Part shown: positions 51,301 to 63,790 of the stretch, one piece after another
Layout of the letters: each line of letters opens with the position of its first letter
How positions within the stretch are numbered: the first letter of the stretch is position 1
From: Phoronis australis
Lineage: Eukaryota; Animalia; Phoronida
Direction of reading: 5' to 3'
DNA: 64,000 nt
NCBI GenBank assembly: GCA_002633005.1
Contig: NMRA01000093.1
Coordinates: 634,102 to 698,101, forward strand
Made by a program: the position numbers and the translations under genes
Notes under the pieces: model-generated
Told to the model about the DNA's origin: nothing
Database searches by the model: none
What the model saw: the letters and a program-made list of their open reading frames with translations, nothing else

Positions 51301-53048
51301 GATTTTTCCATGAGCGACGCATCCACAGAGCTCATGGACAGAACAAATGTGGGAAGTCCTCGTGAACAGCATTCCCGTGTTTCTGCATCAGGTCGGAGGT
51401 CGCCCACTGAGCAGCATGTGGAGGTGTCCAGTGACACCCTGAGCTCTGTGGGGGATGGTCATATCACCGCAGTGCCATTTGATTCACAACCTGTACGCAG
51501 AGACAGCATTTCAAGCTACATGAGTACAGACTCCATGGCACGGCGTGTTCAAGACCTATTGAATCCAGTTGATTCAGAGCCAGCACCAGACAGTACCACT
51601 TTTAAGAAACCGTTGAAACCCAGCTTTAGTCTTCAGAGTGAGGATTCTATGTCGCGCCGAGTCGCCGACTTATTGAATCCTTTGCAGTCTGGCCACCATG
51701 TACCGTCATCGAAAGCCACGGCTTTGCCTTCGAAAATGAAACCTAGCTTTAGCACCCAGAGCCTGCAAAGTGAGGACTCGTTGTCACGGCGCGTAGAAGA
51801 CCTTTTGGCAGAGACAAGGCACCTAGATGGCAGCATGAAACTCGGTGGCAAGACACTGATAGATTACGATGCTCTTAGACAAGACTTGGATGATATTGAA
51901 CAAAGCCTGAGCATGCACTCCTTCTCGCGCATGGGCGAACTGTCTGGGAGCCGGGAGGGCAGCAGAACGCCCCAGGATGGCAGCCAAGACAGTTCGCCTG
52001 CAGGTGCAACCCTTAGTAAACGACTCACTTGGGATCACGGAGCAGATCTTGCCTACAACGATCACCAAGAATATTTTGTTGACAACAGCATACGACCTCG
52101 TTCTTCCGACAGTGCCGTTTCCGTTGGGCAGTTGCAATCCGATGGCAAGACCCCTGCCAAGAAAAAAGATTTGTCTCGTATCCAGCCTCTGCTGACCGGT
52201 GGTATCGTCCCTGTTGATCTGGCACTGGATATCATGGACAGTGATGACCTCAAGGGTGGCTTTGACGACCAGCTATGGACATATCGGTCAGATGCGTCAA
52301 CTGTCAGACCAGGTGAGGAGACGCATCGTAGTCAGAAGACGGAGGGCGATCGGTGGTCACCGTCAAACAAAGATTTGCCATCAGATGGAGAGTCTATGGT
52401 GCCAGAATCCATAACAGACCAGGTCAATGTTGATTATAATGACAAAAGGATGAAGATTCCACCTAGAGTATCGGCTCTTTCCAAAACGGACCATTATAGC
52501 AGTACCGATAGTTTAGCTAGGAAAGTGTCGGACATTTTGGAGAAGGATGTCCTTAAGAAACAAGCCTCAGAGATTTTGAACGAAGCCGAGCGCACAGAGA
52601 AAAGCCTACAGGTGCCTAGGTTGGATCGGAGTTACATACAGTACCCCCCAGAACTGGCAAGCTCTGAGGACGAAGTACAGGTTGAGTATGACAGGTTGCG
52701 TCAACTTGGAACACAGGTGAAAGAAAGACCAGCATCTAGGAAGGAAGAGGTGGCCCATGGGACGCAAGAGAAAAAACGGCAGCCGCCATCCAGTCTGGAT
52801 TCAGCCACTTTGACTGGTCTCTCAGACAACCCGACTTCCTCGGAGTCCCGCCACGAAGACCCTTCTCAGCTGCCAAGAGCAGAAGGATTTGTGGATAGAA
52901 GTGAGCCCCCCTATCCGGTTCGCCCGCACAGCAGAGGGATGGTACCTTACATGGCTAGAACCCCACTTGGACCAAGGGACGTGCGATTGCATCCCCCTCG
53001 CCCTCCTCTACTACACTCTGTGGAAAGAATACAACCACCATTACACAG
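48386..53048 (+). CDS. ALMS1: ALMS1-like giant exon (4663 bp), Ser-rich disordered region
   Basis: Core of the 1598-aa ORF, bounded by ttttccatttcag| and CACAG|gtacgt, phase 1 to 2. DSLARKVSDILEKDVLKKQASEILNEAE resembles ALMS1 DSLAAHVKNLLQCESSLNHAKEILRNAE (from memory). Vertebrate ALMS1 also has multi-kb exons. Confidence 0.9.
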
Positions 53049-54093
53049 GTACGTAACTTGTTTGGCTGAAAAAGGCTCTTCAGACAGTACTAGTTAATAG
53101 GGACATGTTATTTACGTGCTAGTATTAAATGGTGAGACTTATTTCCCTTTCAAAACACTGAATGGGGTTTGGAGGATTTATCTTCTGAGGGTCATGAGCA
53201 CTCGGGGTGAGATTTCCAAATCTCACGAGGGGTCTAGATAAGAGCAATGAATGCTACAAAACTCACAAAACAAAAATGATTTATCCAATATTGAAGGCCA
53301 TTCCCATCACGTTTTCCTGCCTAATTGTTATCCAATGCAAGTTGGGGGTTATCTCGGGGTGGTTTATCAATAGTTTCATGTTGAAAATACTGTTGAATAG
53401 TGCCATTTAAAATGTTTGAATGACGCTTGGGCACAATTACTTGTTCAAAGAAATTGCCCAGGGTTATAGATGGCACTACTTCTGGTTCATCAACTGTTTA
53501 TTAATGGTTTCTCGTAATTAGTCCAGCTATTAAAATGCTAATATTTTTTATGTCTGTACAAGTAAAGCACTGATAGTTTAGTGAAAGTGCATTAAAACAT
53601 TTGAAATTGTGCAATTTGGTATTCAGGTGAAGTCTTCGAACAGTGTTTAGAAACTTTTAGATTTCATTCAATTAAAAGTTCAGTCATACAGAAATAATTG
53701 CGTATTGTTAGGCCATTGAAATATGTGTCAATGGTAAAGTTCCAGGCTCTTTTTAACTCAATCTTGTAAAGTGTTAATTAGACGACTGCTTATAACATGC
53801 ATTTATTGGTTGTCCAGAACGTCGACAGATAAGCCGAAAATGTGTAAGAGTACAGAGATGGGGTGCTTACTTACTGGTCACGCGTTAGCATGCCAACAGT
53901 CAAGGTGATCGATCCTAGTCAATTTGGATTGAAAGTTCAAACAAGAGGCAGTCAATGGGGTTGTTTTTGTTTTGGCAGCACCAAATACTTGTGTGGAGGG
54001 AGTTAGTGTATAAGTTTTATAACATTGTTAATCTTGCTGTTGTTCTGCCCGTACCATAGTCTTGTCCAACTCTAATTATTGTCTTGTTGATAG

Positions 54094-54306
54094 ACCTGTG
54101 GACTCGTTCCTGTTTACGCCGTTGGCAGCCAGGGGACCATTGACCTCCACTGCTACGGCAAGAACATTCATGGCCAATCAGCTGGAGAAGATGGCCCAGC
54201 GCAGATACGGGGGGCTTGACCTCCGAACACCGTTTAGACGAGCTCACGATGACTTGGACATTGGCCGATTTGATAGTGTTCTGCATCCCTCTGATGTTCA
54301 CTCGAG
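54094..54306 (+). CDS. ALMS1: ALMS1-like exon
   Basis: cttgttgatag|ACCT...TCGAG|gtaacc; 213 bp, phase 2 to 2; PVDSFLFTPLAARG...FMANQLEKMAQRRY. Confidence 0.85.
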
Positions 54307-55517
54307 GTAACCAAGCTGCACATAGGTGTTACTGTAAGAAGATGATGATAATGATATCTTGGCCATTTACATTCTAGAGATATTTTTAGTGCACTTGGCA
54401 ACATAACCCAAGATGCCAGTTTTGTCATGTGCCAAGATTGAACAATGTTGGCTATTGTCTACAGAGTTTGCTCACCTTGTAAACTTGAGGCGAGAGATGG
54501 TTGATTATAAATGGAATCAACTATAAAGCTCTCCTTGGCCCATGGTCTAATCTTTTGACTGGAAATCAAGCTCGAAATTATTTTTGACATTTTTTGTTCT
54601 ATGTTGTCTTGTGTGAATAACTGTCTAATCCTATTTTGTACTTGATGACCCCAGCATTAAGGCCAAAATATTAAGTCTGCATTCAAGAAGAGAAAGAGTT
54701 GAGGCAGCGGAAACTAGAATTAGATATAATCACTTTTGTGCCCCATATGCCTGTTGAGACCATTGGGTGTGGTGTTAAATTTTAAACTACGGAAATTTGT
54801 CAGGCCTTACCTAAGAGAGATGGGAATACTGCCCCTCAAAGCGTAATTTGTGAGAGCCTTCATGGTGTAGTTGGAGAGATTAAAATGCTCGGGTACCAGA
54901 AGGGAGAAATGCTTTGTGACGGACTGTCTAGCATGTCCATTCATGTGAAGGTGGGGGAGGCCCTCCAATGTCACCTATATTCCATGCCTGGGGGCATTTA
55001 ACAGTTGCTCATAAAATATGGGGACACAACTCATTATTTATAGTTTCCTTTCTCTTTCACTCTTGTCCTCACCCTTTCCTCTTCATTCCTACTTACCCAT
55101 AAGGCCTTGCCTTGTCTCCATTTACCAACAGTCTTTCTACTCACTTGCAGTCTGCTTCATGAAAGGTGACTTGTATCTTAAGTTAGAACTTTGGTCTTAC
55201 GCTCCTTCTCTCTTCAGAGTCACTGAATAAAGGTTTAGATGTATAGTTATCAACACATCACAGAAAACTGGCAGTTACGTGTGTATATTTCAGTTTTTTT
55301 GCTTAAAATGAGATTTGGTTATTTTTCAGGAATAGTTGTGTGAAGTGCAAGACTAAATTGCTGACTTGAGTGGTCGTTTTTCATTAAACAGGCCCCAAAA
55401 GAGAAATATGTATTTTAAGTATTTCCGGAAAATGATGGTGCACTTTATTTGTGTATTAATTGTTTTAGGCATCTTCACTTACAGTGATAATCTTCATTTC
55501 AACACTCTCTCCTACAG

Positions 55518-55786
55518 TCACCATCATGAGGCTCCTGACGTTTTGTTGCTTGATCCTAACACCAGAGGGCGTTCTCACAGTGACCCCGTAGAAGCTTCGT
55601 TCACCAATCACAGGGCCTCACTGCCAAGACAAGTGTGGGAAAATGGTGATTTGCAGCAGCAGCGGCAGCGAGATGATGTCTATCGACACAGTTTAAGTCA
55701 CTCGTCTCAAGAATGTCCGCATCGTGCTAGAGCTCCTCCTGGTGGTGGTGATTTGTCCATCAGTCGAGTTGGACAGGAACTGCCTG
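55518..55786 (+). CDS. ALMS1: ALMS1-like exon
   Basis: ctctctcctacag|TCAC...CCTG|gtatgg; phase 2 to 1, open frame. Confidence 0.8.
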
Positions 55787-56101
55787 GTATGGCTCATTTC
55801 ATTTTTATGTGAAATAACATTTACATTTACTAAGCCTGAGCACTAGAATTCTGGTACATTGCTTTGCCAATATAGCTATTATCTCGTTGTCATGCCGATT
55901 GTTTGCGGCATTCTTGTTTGACTGCAAAGACATTGGCTATAACTCCTCGTGTCAAAGGGCAAGTAAACCTATTCAGTATGTAGTCATTACAGTACCATGA
56001 TATTGTTTTTATTTGTGTATTTGTTGATTTTGTCCATTGTTCTTTTAAGTTGTCAGAATGAAACGAGTCCGTGACTTATTTTTACTGTTTAATTGATTCA
56101 G

Positions 56102-56240
56102 CTCAGCACGATTCCTTGCGGCGACACTCACCTGCCAATCATCCTGCAGAGCACAGGGGCGTGGACACTCGACCCACCCCAAGCTATGTAGACACCAGTG
56201 TGGGGCACATTGCTGCTGACAGGGGAGCCACACCTTCTGA
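56102..56240 (+). CDS. ALMS1: ALMS1-like exon
   Basis: ttgattcag|CTCAG...TCTGA|gtgagt; phase 1 to 2, open frame (QHDSLRRHSPANHP...); not in the ORF track. Confidence 0.8.
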
Positions 56241-56803
56241 GTGAGTTTACAGCCTCAGTGTACTCAGTGTCTTTTTTATAAATATGATGATTCTTATTCT
56301 ATTCACCCACAAACTTTTGATCCAGAAATTAAACGACATGTAAGGCCCACAAGTAATATGCATAAAGAATGGGGGAAGAAATGATAATTTAATGCAAATG
56401 TATGGTAGTTGTTATGGGTGTCTGGTTGTTTGCACAACTGAGTATCATTGATTTTTACTTTTATTGCGCAATTACACCATTTATGCAGTTGTTTTTTTGG
56501 TTTAAAATATAGTAATATGATACTCTGGTTTTCCTGAGTATATTTTATTATTAATTACCGTTCCTCTGCCAAAGTTAATTATGTATCTGTGCAGAGTTCC
56601 AAAAGGGTGCAGTTGATGTCTGTCATTTCACCGAGCAAACACTGTTGGAGATTTGAGGTCCAATACATGCAACCAAAACTGGCAGGAACTGTTACAAATA
56701 TTAATTTAGTGGTGATCAGTCACCATTAATAATTACCATTAGATTTTGCTCTGCATTTACTCAGTGATGTAAGAGAATATGGTTAAAAATCTGTTTCATA
56801 CAG

Positions 56804-56920
56804 AGCAAGCCAGGATTCGTCGCACTCACGTGAGGAAAGTGAAGAAAAGTCCCGGACAACTTCACCAGCAGAAAACAGTGGACGACGGTCAAGTGAAATG
56901 GCCGGTCTGAGGCCGTACAA
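56804..56920 (+). CDS. ALMS1: ALMS1-like exon ending in GLRPY(K)
   Basis: tttcatacag|AGCA...TACAA|gtatgt; 117 bp, phase 2 to 2. LRPYK matches the start of the ALMS1 LLPYKPSGS...YYVP motif (from memory). Confidence 0.82.
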
Positions 56921-57790
56921 GTATGTTTATCATTGAAATATTAGTACATGGCTACATAATGTACTGTTATCTCATGGGAGAGAGATCATCTGAAAATTTG
57001 GAAGGACCTAATTGGAACGGAAACTGGAATTAAAGCGTTACTGCAAAAAATTCTTAGCTGACATTTTAATAGAATGACAAAATTGTCATCCAGAACACTG
57101 AAAAAGCTTTATTGAAGAAAGAGAAACGACATAAACTTGCTATGAGAATAATCTTGTTTTCGGATATATCTTTCTACTAAAGACACCTATGATAACAGTA
57201 TTATCACTGTAGCACAATATAAAGTTCTACAAGGGTCTAGACAGAATAATAACTCCGTTATAACATTTTAAATCTGAACAAGTTTTCAAAATATCAGTAG
57301 GAAAAAAAACAGACAAAAATTACTATGATTATGGAGATCATGCAGCCATCCTTATATATGTATATGTACATTTACTATATAATTAGGTTATGTATATGAA
57401 ATATAATATTCTAAAATGTGCTTCAATTAGTTTTATGACTGTATACTTTACAAAGGTGGGAGTGTATCTTTACCCCCCCCCCACTNCACGATAAACCATG
57501 CAAACTGCAAAACATTGATGTGATGAGTGGCATTTTTGATGTCTCTTTTTTGAATATGATTTAAAACTTAGAGTTATTGTTTTGAGGTAGCATACTGTGT
57601 TTCGGTGGGAATTTAAACTTTCAGAAAATAGTGGACACCATACAAGTTTTCACTTAAAAAATGCAGACTTTAAGCATTTGCTAAATGGCTTGGCAGTGCC
57701 GTTATGATATTGTTTTGTTTGTGACCACAGCAGCAAATTTGTGTGGTGCCATAAGTCATTTAGTGACCAAACCACTGCAATGCTTTTCAG

Positions 57791-57948
57791 GCTCCGACGA
57801 TGCCGAAGGTCCTCCTATATCAGCACGCCATTTTGGCACGCGTCCAGATTCTGCACGTATCGAGCTGGGAATTTATGGCAGCCGCATGAGAAAATCACCG
57901 AAGTCAAAAACATCCTATGCAGCTCCTCACCTCCGGACCATCAAAGAG
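57791..57948 (+). CDS. ALMS1: ALMS1-like exon (GSDDA motif)
   Basis: tgcttttcag|GCTCC...AAAGAG|gtaacg; (G)SDDAEGPPISARHFGTRPD...GIYGSR resembles ALMS1 GSNDAIAPDFPAQVLGTRDD...GIYSKR (from memory). Phase 1 to 0. Confidence 0.85.
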
Positions 57949-58352
57949 GTAACGTGATGAAGCATGTACTCCTATTGGTTAAGAACTGTTTTCAATGCTG
58001 CTTTTCTTTCTTCCTTCCTTTGGCATTATTATACGTCTGAAACAATATGACTGATATGTCGACAGTAGTTGAATTTGTTGCAGTATAATGGTGCTGTGTA
58101 TGGATAATTAATTTTAATTTTGAATTTCATTGTTTTGAGCACCAGCACAATAAGGCACGTCGTGGTGTAATTCAGTTGCCAGTAGGCTACAAGTCTGACT
58201 AATGATTTTGTTAGTCGATATGACAACGAACGACTTATTATTGCATCACAATCTTATTGTTGAATAATGTTGATGTCACAGGTTTGCTGGTTTTGTGTAA
58301 GTTCTAAAATCAGATTGGCGATTGAGAACTGATTAGTTTCATGTCTTGCCAG

Positions 58353-58490
58353 GGCGATGTTCGTAGAGAAATGGAGGACTTGGAGAGAACCCTGGAGAGG
58401 GCGCTTCACACGAGTGTGCAGAGATCGGCTGAGCTGTCTATGCCCCGTAGAGACAGTGGTCTGAGGTCATCTGGTCCAACTAAGGATCTG
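58353..58490 (+). CDS. ALMS1: ALMS1-like exon
   Basis: tcttgccag|GGC...CTG|gtatgt; 138 bp, phase 0 to 0; GDVRREMEDLERTLER... Confidence 0.82.
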
Positions 58491-59298
58491 GTATGTAGGT
58501 CAGGAGGTTTTGTGACACAAATGTATGCATAAAGCAGGTGTTCTCCCACAAAGATCTGTTTCCAGAGGGGCAAATAGTGAGTGCTATATAATTCGTTCTA
58601 TCTGTTAGAGATGTTTCAATTATCTTCCTCAGGTTTTATGTGGTAATAAAAATCAGATTCGTCAATTATGGTTATTTTGATTTATAGCACAGATTGAAAA
58701 TTGGTGAGGTGATGCAATGATGTCACCTAAAGTGCCTCGGGATACATCTCTCTTTTTTACCTCCAGCGCTATCTGATGCCAGGTTTGCGGTGCAGGTTTC
58801 AAAATTTGTTGGGTGCAAACCAGAACAAATTAATAAATACTATGGCCTTATCCCATATGCTTCAGAGTCGAAAACAGCTTTCTTCAGAAGCATACTAATG
58901 TTCTTCCTTTGCTTGAATTTAAATTGGTTATACATAAAATGCCTGGAATTCCTGTGATGCCTGTACTGTTTGCGTAGCTGAAACTAACCTGCCGTGACAA
59001 GCAAACATTGTGAGCAGGGTTTGAAACCATTAGACACTTTAACTTTTTTCAAGTATAGAAATCATGTCTGCTCCTGCTCCAAGTCAGAAACAAGACGAGG
59101 CCAATTTTATAACACTGAGTGGCCTAAATCAAAGAGGTTTTTTAACAGAATACACGTGTTTATTGCCCTTTAATTCATTTTGAAGTCTGCTTACGAACTG
59201 CTTACGTTGTGCGCGTAATTATTGTTTATGACACACTTGCATTAGGAACTGCCTGTTTTGTGGTTTTTATTGTGTGATTATTGCCCTGTGTCTTGTAG

Positions 59299-59451
59299 TC
59301 TGGAATACGTCGACAATTTGAAGATAGTTCACGACACGCCTACCCCTCTCCCAATGACGATGACCTCCGCAGCCGCCCTCCCAAATCATTCATAGAGTAC
59401 CCGTCGAGCCTACGAAGCAAGGATAATTTCACTCCCCTAGTCCCTGATGAG
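59299..59451 (+). CDS. ALMS1: ALMS1-like exon
   Basis: gtcttgtag|TCT...GAG|gtaaaa; 153 bp, phase 0 to 0, open frame SGIRRQFEDSSRHAYP...; not in the ORF track. Confidence 0.8.
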
Positions 59452-60012
59452 GTAAAACAGTGCAGCGAAATTTTCTCATTTACATTTTGAGAAATCTTAA
59501 TTTGGAATTGGGATTCTTCATTGGGAAGATTGAAAACAAAAAATATCGATCATGTTATTATGTATGCATAAAGTAGATGTGTTATAGGCTGCAGAAGGTC
59601 CCAAGCTGAAGCTGTGGTTAGGACAGGATATCTTTTGAACATGGTTAGGTTAAGTGACTGATGAGATATCCACTTTATGCAAGTATATGATACTGAAAAT
59701 GCTACATTTGTCAAGCAGTAACAATTAGACAGCTATATATTTAATGCTGTGTAAATTTAGTGCATGTCAGCAATGGGCTTGTGTAAAAATTTTGTATTTC
59801 TCAATCATGCTGTATAAGAAGCATTGTACCAAGCATTTCCCTTTTCAGTCCAAAATCAACATTGTTGAGTGCTTAAATAATCGTCAATTGACCCCTTCAA
59901 GTGTTGAAAAAATTTTCCTGTAAAACATTGGTAAAATAGTGATTTTCTTCAATACTGCTTGTATTGGAAATAATGTTTGTCAGGGAATGTAAATCTTTAT
60001 CTTCTGAAATAG

Positions 60013-60293
60013 TCAAGAATATTTCAGGATGAAGGAAGCTCCCTCACTCACCAAAGATCATTGCCTGAGAGGAGGTCACCCCCACCGCGCCACCCTCCCC
60101 CTCACTCCACAGCGAGGTCTCCTCCTAAGTCACCCCCTTTGTCTGCCCTGCGACCACCCACGCCTCCGCTGCCCTCTCCTCCAAAGTCAATTCTGAAATC
60201 ACCTCAAAGGTCACCACCAAGGTCGCCACCGTTGTCACCAAGGTTAAGCAGTTTACAACCTCTGTTAAAACCTAGCCATCAACAGCTTCCAAG
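60013..60293 (+). CDS. ALMS1: ALMS1-like Pro/Ser-rich exon (alternative in-frame acceptor at 60028)
   Basis: Acceptors gaaatag|60013 and tttcag|60028, both phase 0; donor CCAAG|gtgagc phase 2; repeated RSPP/SP motifs. Confidence 0.82.
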
Positions 60294-61190
60294 GTGAGCT
60301 TCAGAAAGATGTGGTAAACATTTCTGTCTTGCCAGTGAACTTTGCATTGTAAATACGATTCTGTCTTTGGTAGAAACTTTGTTCATCAATGTGATTATCA
60401 AGGCAAATCTCGGGTTGGAAAAGATTCCACGGCCATGTCAGCTACAATTCTTTTAATCCAGTTTCGTACCAGAAGATGCCAAACCTTCGGTACAAATCCT
60501 CAGAACCTGAAAGTGGAAATCTTGTAGAATTTGATTATTGACTTTAAATTTTATCTGCCATTACTTGTGTTGCAGGTCTTTTTTTTAATAAAATATTGTA
60601 AAGGTGCAGCTAGAGTAAAACTATGATATCAATAATGTGTTGAACTTTCTTTCCGCTTAAATATTCAAGATTAAATCTCAAAAAGGTTCTTACAGTTTTC
60701 TGGATTCTGCCTTCATTTCTTTTCATCTAGTGTTTAAATCTTTTTCATAAAAATCCTTTAAGTGCCAATTTTTGATAGCCTCTTACGCAAAGGTGGAACA
60801 TTTTGAAAACAATTCCCAACTCTGTTTCGAAAAACAATGCATAAGCTATGGTATTTAAAAGTTTCATTTGAGTCACGATCAAACTCGTGGCATGAATGTT
60901 GATCAGCTGGACAGGTGTGAATCTGCACAGCATAACTGAACCATAAAAAACTCTGTGATTTTCTGGCCTGTGTGATCCTCATTATTTTAAACATTAAGGA
61001 AATTCTGCTCCAAATACGTTTTTCACTGTCATAAATTGACTCTTGAGATTCGATCATATGTGGCAAGGCAGTCAGTCTGTAACACATGGCATAACAGACT
61101 GTAGTGCTGGGTGCAATAACCAAGGACTCGACGTGTGATGTCATGTTAGATAATCTATTGAATTCTGCACTGTTTATTTGTTGGTTGCAG

Positions 61191-62845
61191 GTCGTCATCT
61201 GCCGAGCCTCTGGTGGGTAGAGACTATGATGGCGCACACACACTGGACATGTTGAGAGATGCTCTACAGGACGACTCTGCCACCAGTCTCCCGCCAGACA
61301 TTAATGACATGTGGGAGCGTTTCGATCGCATGTACCGGTCACGTGACCGCGACTCCGGGGAACGTGTGCTCCGCTTCTGCGACTTCGTGCGAAACCCTGT
61401 GCAGCACATCTTGCGCAATTTCAGTCAAGAGCGTGGTGCTCGCCTGAGGTCAGCCGAGCTGGAGCTTCAGAGGAACGAACGGCGCCGAGCCCGAGAGAAG
61501 GTGCGACGTGACGTGGAGAGTAGAAAGATGGAGGAAATGAGAGCAGCTGACAGCAGCATAGATTTGGAGATTTTAGCACAGCAGACGTCTGCTAAACAAA
61601 ATGGCAAAGTGGAAATGAAAGCACAACCGGAGCTGAAAAAAGAGTCGCAACAGGAAGTTGGGAGTAAAGAGACTCGCTTTGTTTTGGCAGACCGTGAGAA
61701 TGAGATTGAAAAAGAGGCTCGCCGCGTAATTGAGGAGTGTAGGAAGTTTAATCGTATGCACGGCGATGAATTGTTGTCACCCCCTCCAGCAGTAGAGTCT
61801 ACACCCATTGATGGGCCTCCAAAATCAAAGTTGATCTCCGTTTTCAAAAAGGGTAGTGCTCAAACTGTGCCAGCAGAGGACGTCACTGTAGATTCCGTGA
61901 GCTCTAGCTTGACTGATGCCAGCTTGGATTCAGACAAACTTTACCGTGTGTTTGACCGCAACCGCAAGCAAGACCCAAACTATTTGAGACTGCAGCGCCG
62001 TATTCAGAAGCAGAAAGAAAAACACGAACGCGAGAGACTGAAGCACGCCAAGAGGAAAGAGAAAGTTAAGAAATTGGAGGCTCTTTTGGCAGCCAAAAAA
62101 CGCCGTGAAGTTGAGAGTATATCAAGTATTTCCACAACAAGCACAGTTGCATCTACTGACTCTGGCACAAGTATAGATGGTGACTCCTTGGCAAAAACTC
62201 TTACACCAGTACCAGAAATGGATTCAACACTTGTAGGTGGAAATGTGTTGGCTCAGAAGAACACTAGTAATAATGCTATTGAGAGTAGTCGTAAAGGAAA
62301 GGTGGCAGCTGAAGAATGCAGCTCGACAGAGTCTGCCACTGATGGCAGCACTTGTGCTTGTTGCAGAAAATCAAGCAGGACTAAAGATGGTAAGAAGAAA
62401 AAGAAGGAAGTAACTGAGAAACCAATTGACGTTGTGTTCAAGAAGAACGCAGCCTATTATGAGTTCAAGAAGCCCACGCAGCCAGCACCCAAGTCAAGGA
62501 CAAAGACTATTCGTCGTCATGCCACACCCGTGACCCCTGCCAAGGTCAGCAATAAGAAACGCGATGCCGCCGTTATGTATCCGTCACCGCTGGAGAAAAC
62601 ACCACCAAGAGAGTGCAAGAGAACAGAGAAAATAATCATGGTCTCTGAAGCAGTTCAGACAACACCACAGTTGGCTGGTGGAGGGGATGGTGACAACGGT
62701 CGTGGTTTCGTGTCTGTTCCTGTGTCACCGCCCAGGGTGGGCCCGGGAGCCGTATTCCAAAAGGTTGCCCACAATGACGCTGCTATCAAACCAAAACCAA
62801 AAAGTAAAGAAAACAAACCTCCAGCAGGCTCTGCAGTTGGACCAG
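61191..62845 (+). CDS. ALMS1: ALMS1-like large exon (1655 bp)
   Basis: ttggttgcag|G...CCAG|gtacta, phase 2 to 1. DMWERF...RVLRFCDFVRNPVQH and SLDSDKLYRVF...LRLQRRIQKQK resemble ALMS1 ELWNKY...RLDRLAKILQNPITH and SIDTARLIQAF...KLYSSITNQQ (from memory). Confidence 0.9.
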
Positions 62846-63790
62846 GTACTATTCTATGTGTTTGTTGTGATATTTAATATTTTAATCGTAGGTATTAAGA
62901 CTGTTGGGCTGCAGCAAAAATATTATTTGTGTTTTATAGCATCATAATCTGCTGACTCCAGTATGAGAAGGCACTGTACACACAAAGTGATGCAGTAACT
63001 TTTTGGAAAATTGAGAAAGCGACAGGTGTCATAGTGACGCAATTGTTTCCAGAACATTTGAAAATTGTTAGATATCTGTTTGGTTTGGTGTGTCTGGCAG
63101 CCTATGATACTTTACCAGGGAATTTTGCAGCACCGACAACAGTGTCTTAGTACAAAGTTGTTTGTTTGTCATTCTTGGTGACGCAGTTTTTCTTGTCTCA
63201 TCACGAGTGTAGTTCCCTGTACAGACATAAAAGAAATGCATTTCCATGTCTACATTCAGTAATTCTGTAATGACTTCCCTTAAGTACAATGGATCCTTAA
63301 TGTCATACCGGATAATAGATTGTGCCGGGGGTATTGTCATGAAATGTCGAAAAACAAAATCATTTCCCATTAAATCCCTGCAAAATAACCCACATAATGT
63401 AATAATATATTGTCATACTCCCAGATATTGTCATTAAAAATAAGTAAAAATGATTCTCACCGGTTTATTAGCATGTGCACCTTTGCTTTTCTTTCTAAAA
63501 ACTAACCTAATTCATCTTAAATTCATTTGCCGAATAAGGTCTTGTTGCCAGGGGTAAAAGTCAACCATTTCCTGTTTACCTGTCTTAATCCGAGACTCTC
63601 CACCTAGCATGATTAGCCTGTAAGAGTGATTGCGATCACCGCCAAGTAGAAGCCTGCTTACCAGTAATGGAATATCCCACTTATTTTAATCTACGTCACA
63701 ACCGAGGGTATAACATTAAAAGTGCTCTCCTGTATTGGCAATTTGGAGTCTAGCTTGTGGTTATTTTACTATGTACTATCTATTCCCCAG

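Noticed and set aside
48534-52414. Short antisense and alternative-frame ORFs within the giant exon
   Set aside because: Shadow ORFs of a long coding region; no motifs or splice support.
48301-53097. 1598-aa ORF as a stand-alone single-exon gene
   Set aside because: Starts at TTG in intron-like sequence; canonical splice sites at 48386 and 53048 are phase-compatible with neighbouring exons.
58767-58795. Micro-exon after a strong polypyrimidine acceptor
   Set aside because: Possible lengths (16 or 29 nt) break the frame between two phase-0 exons.
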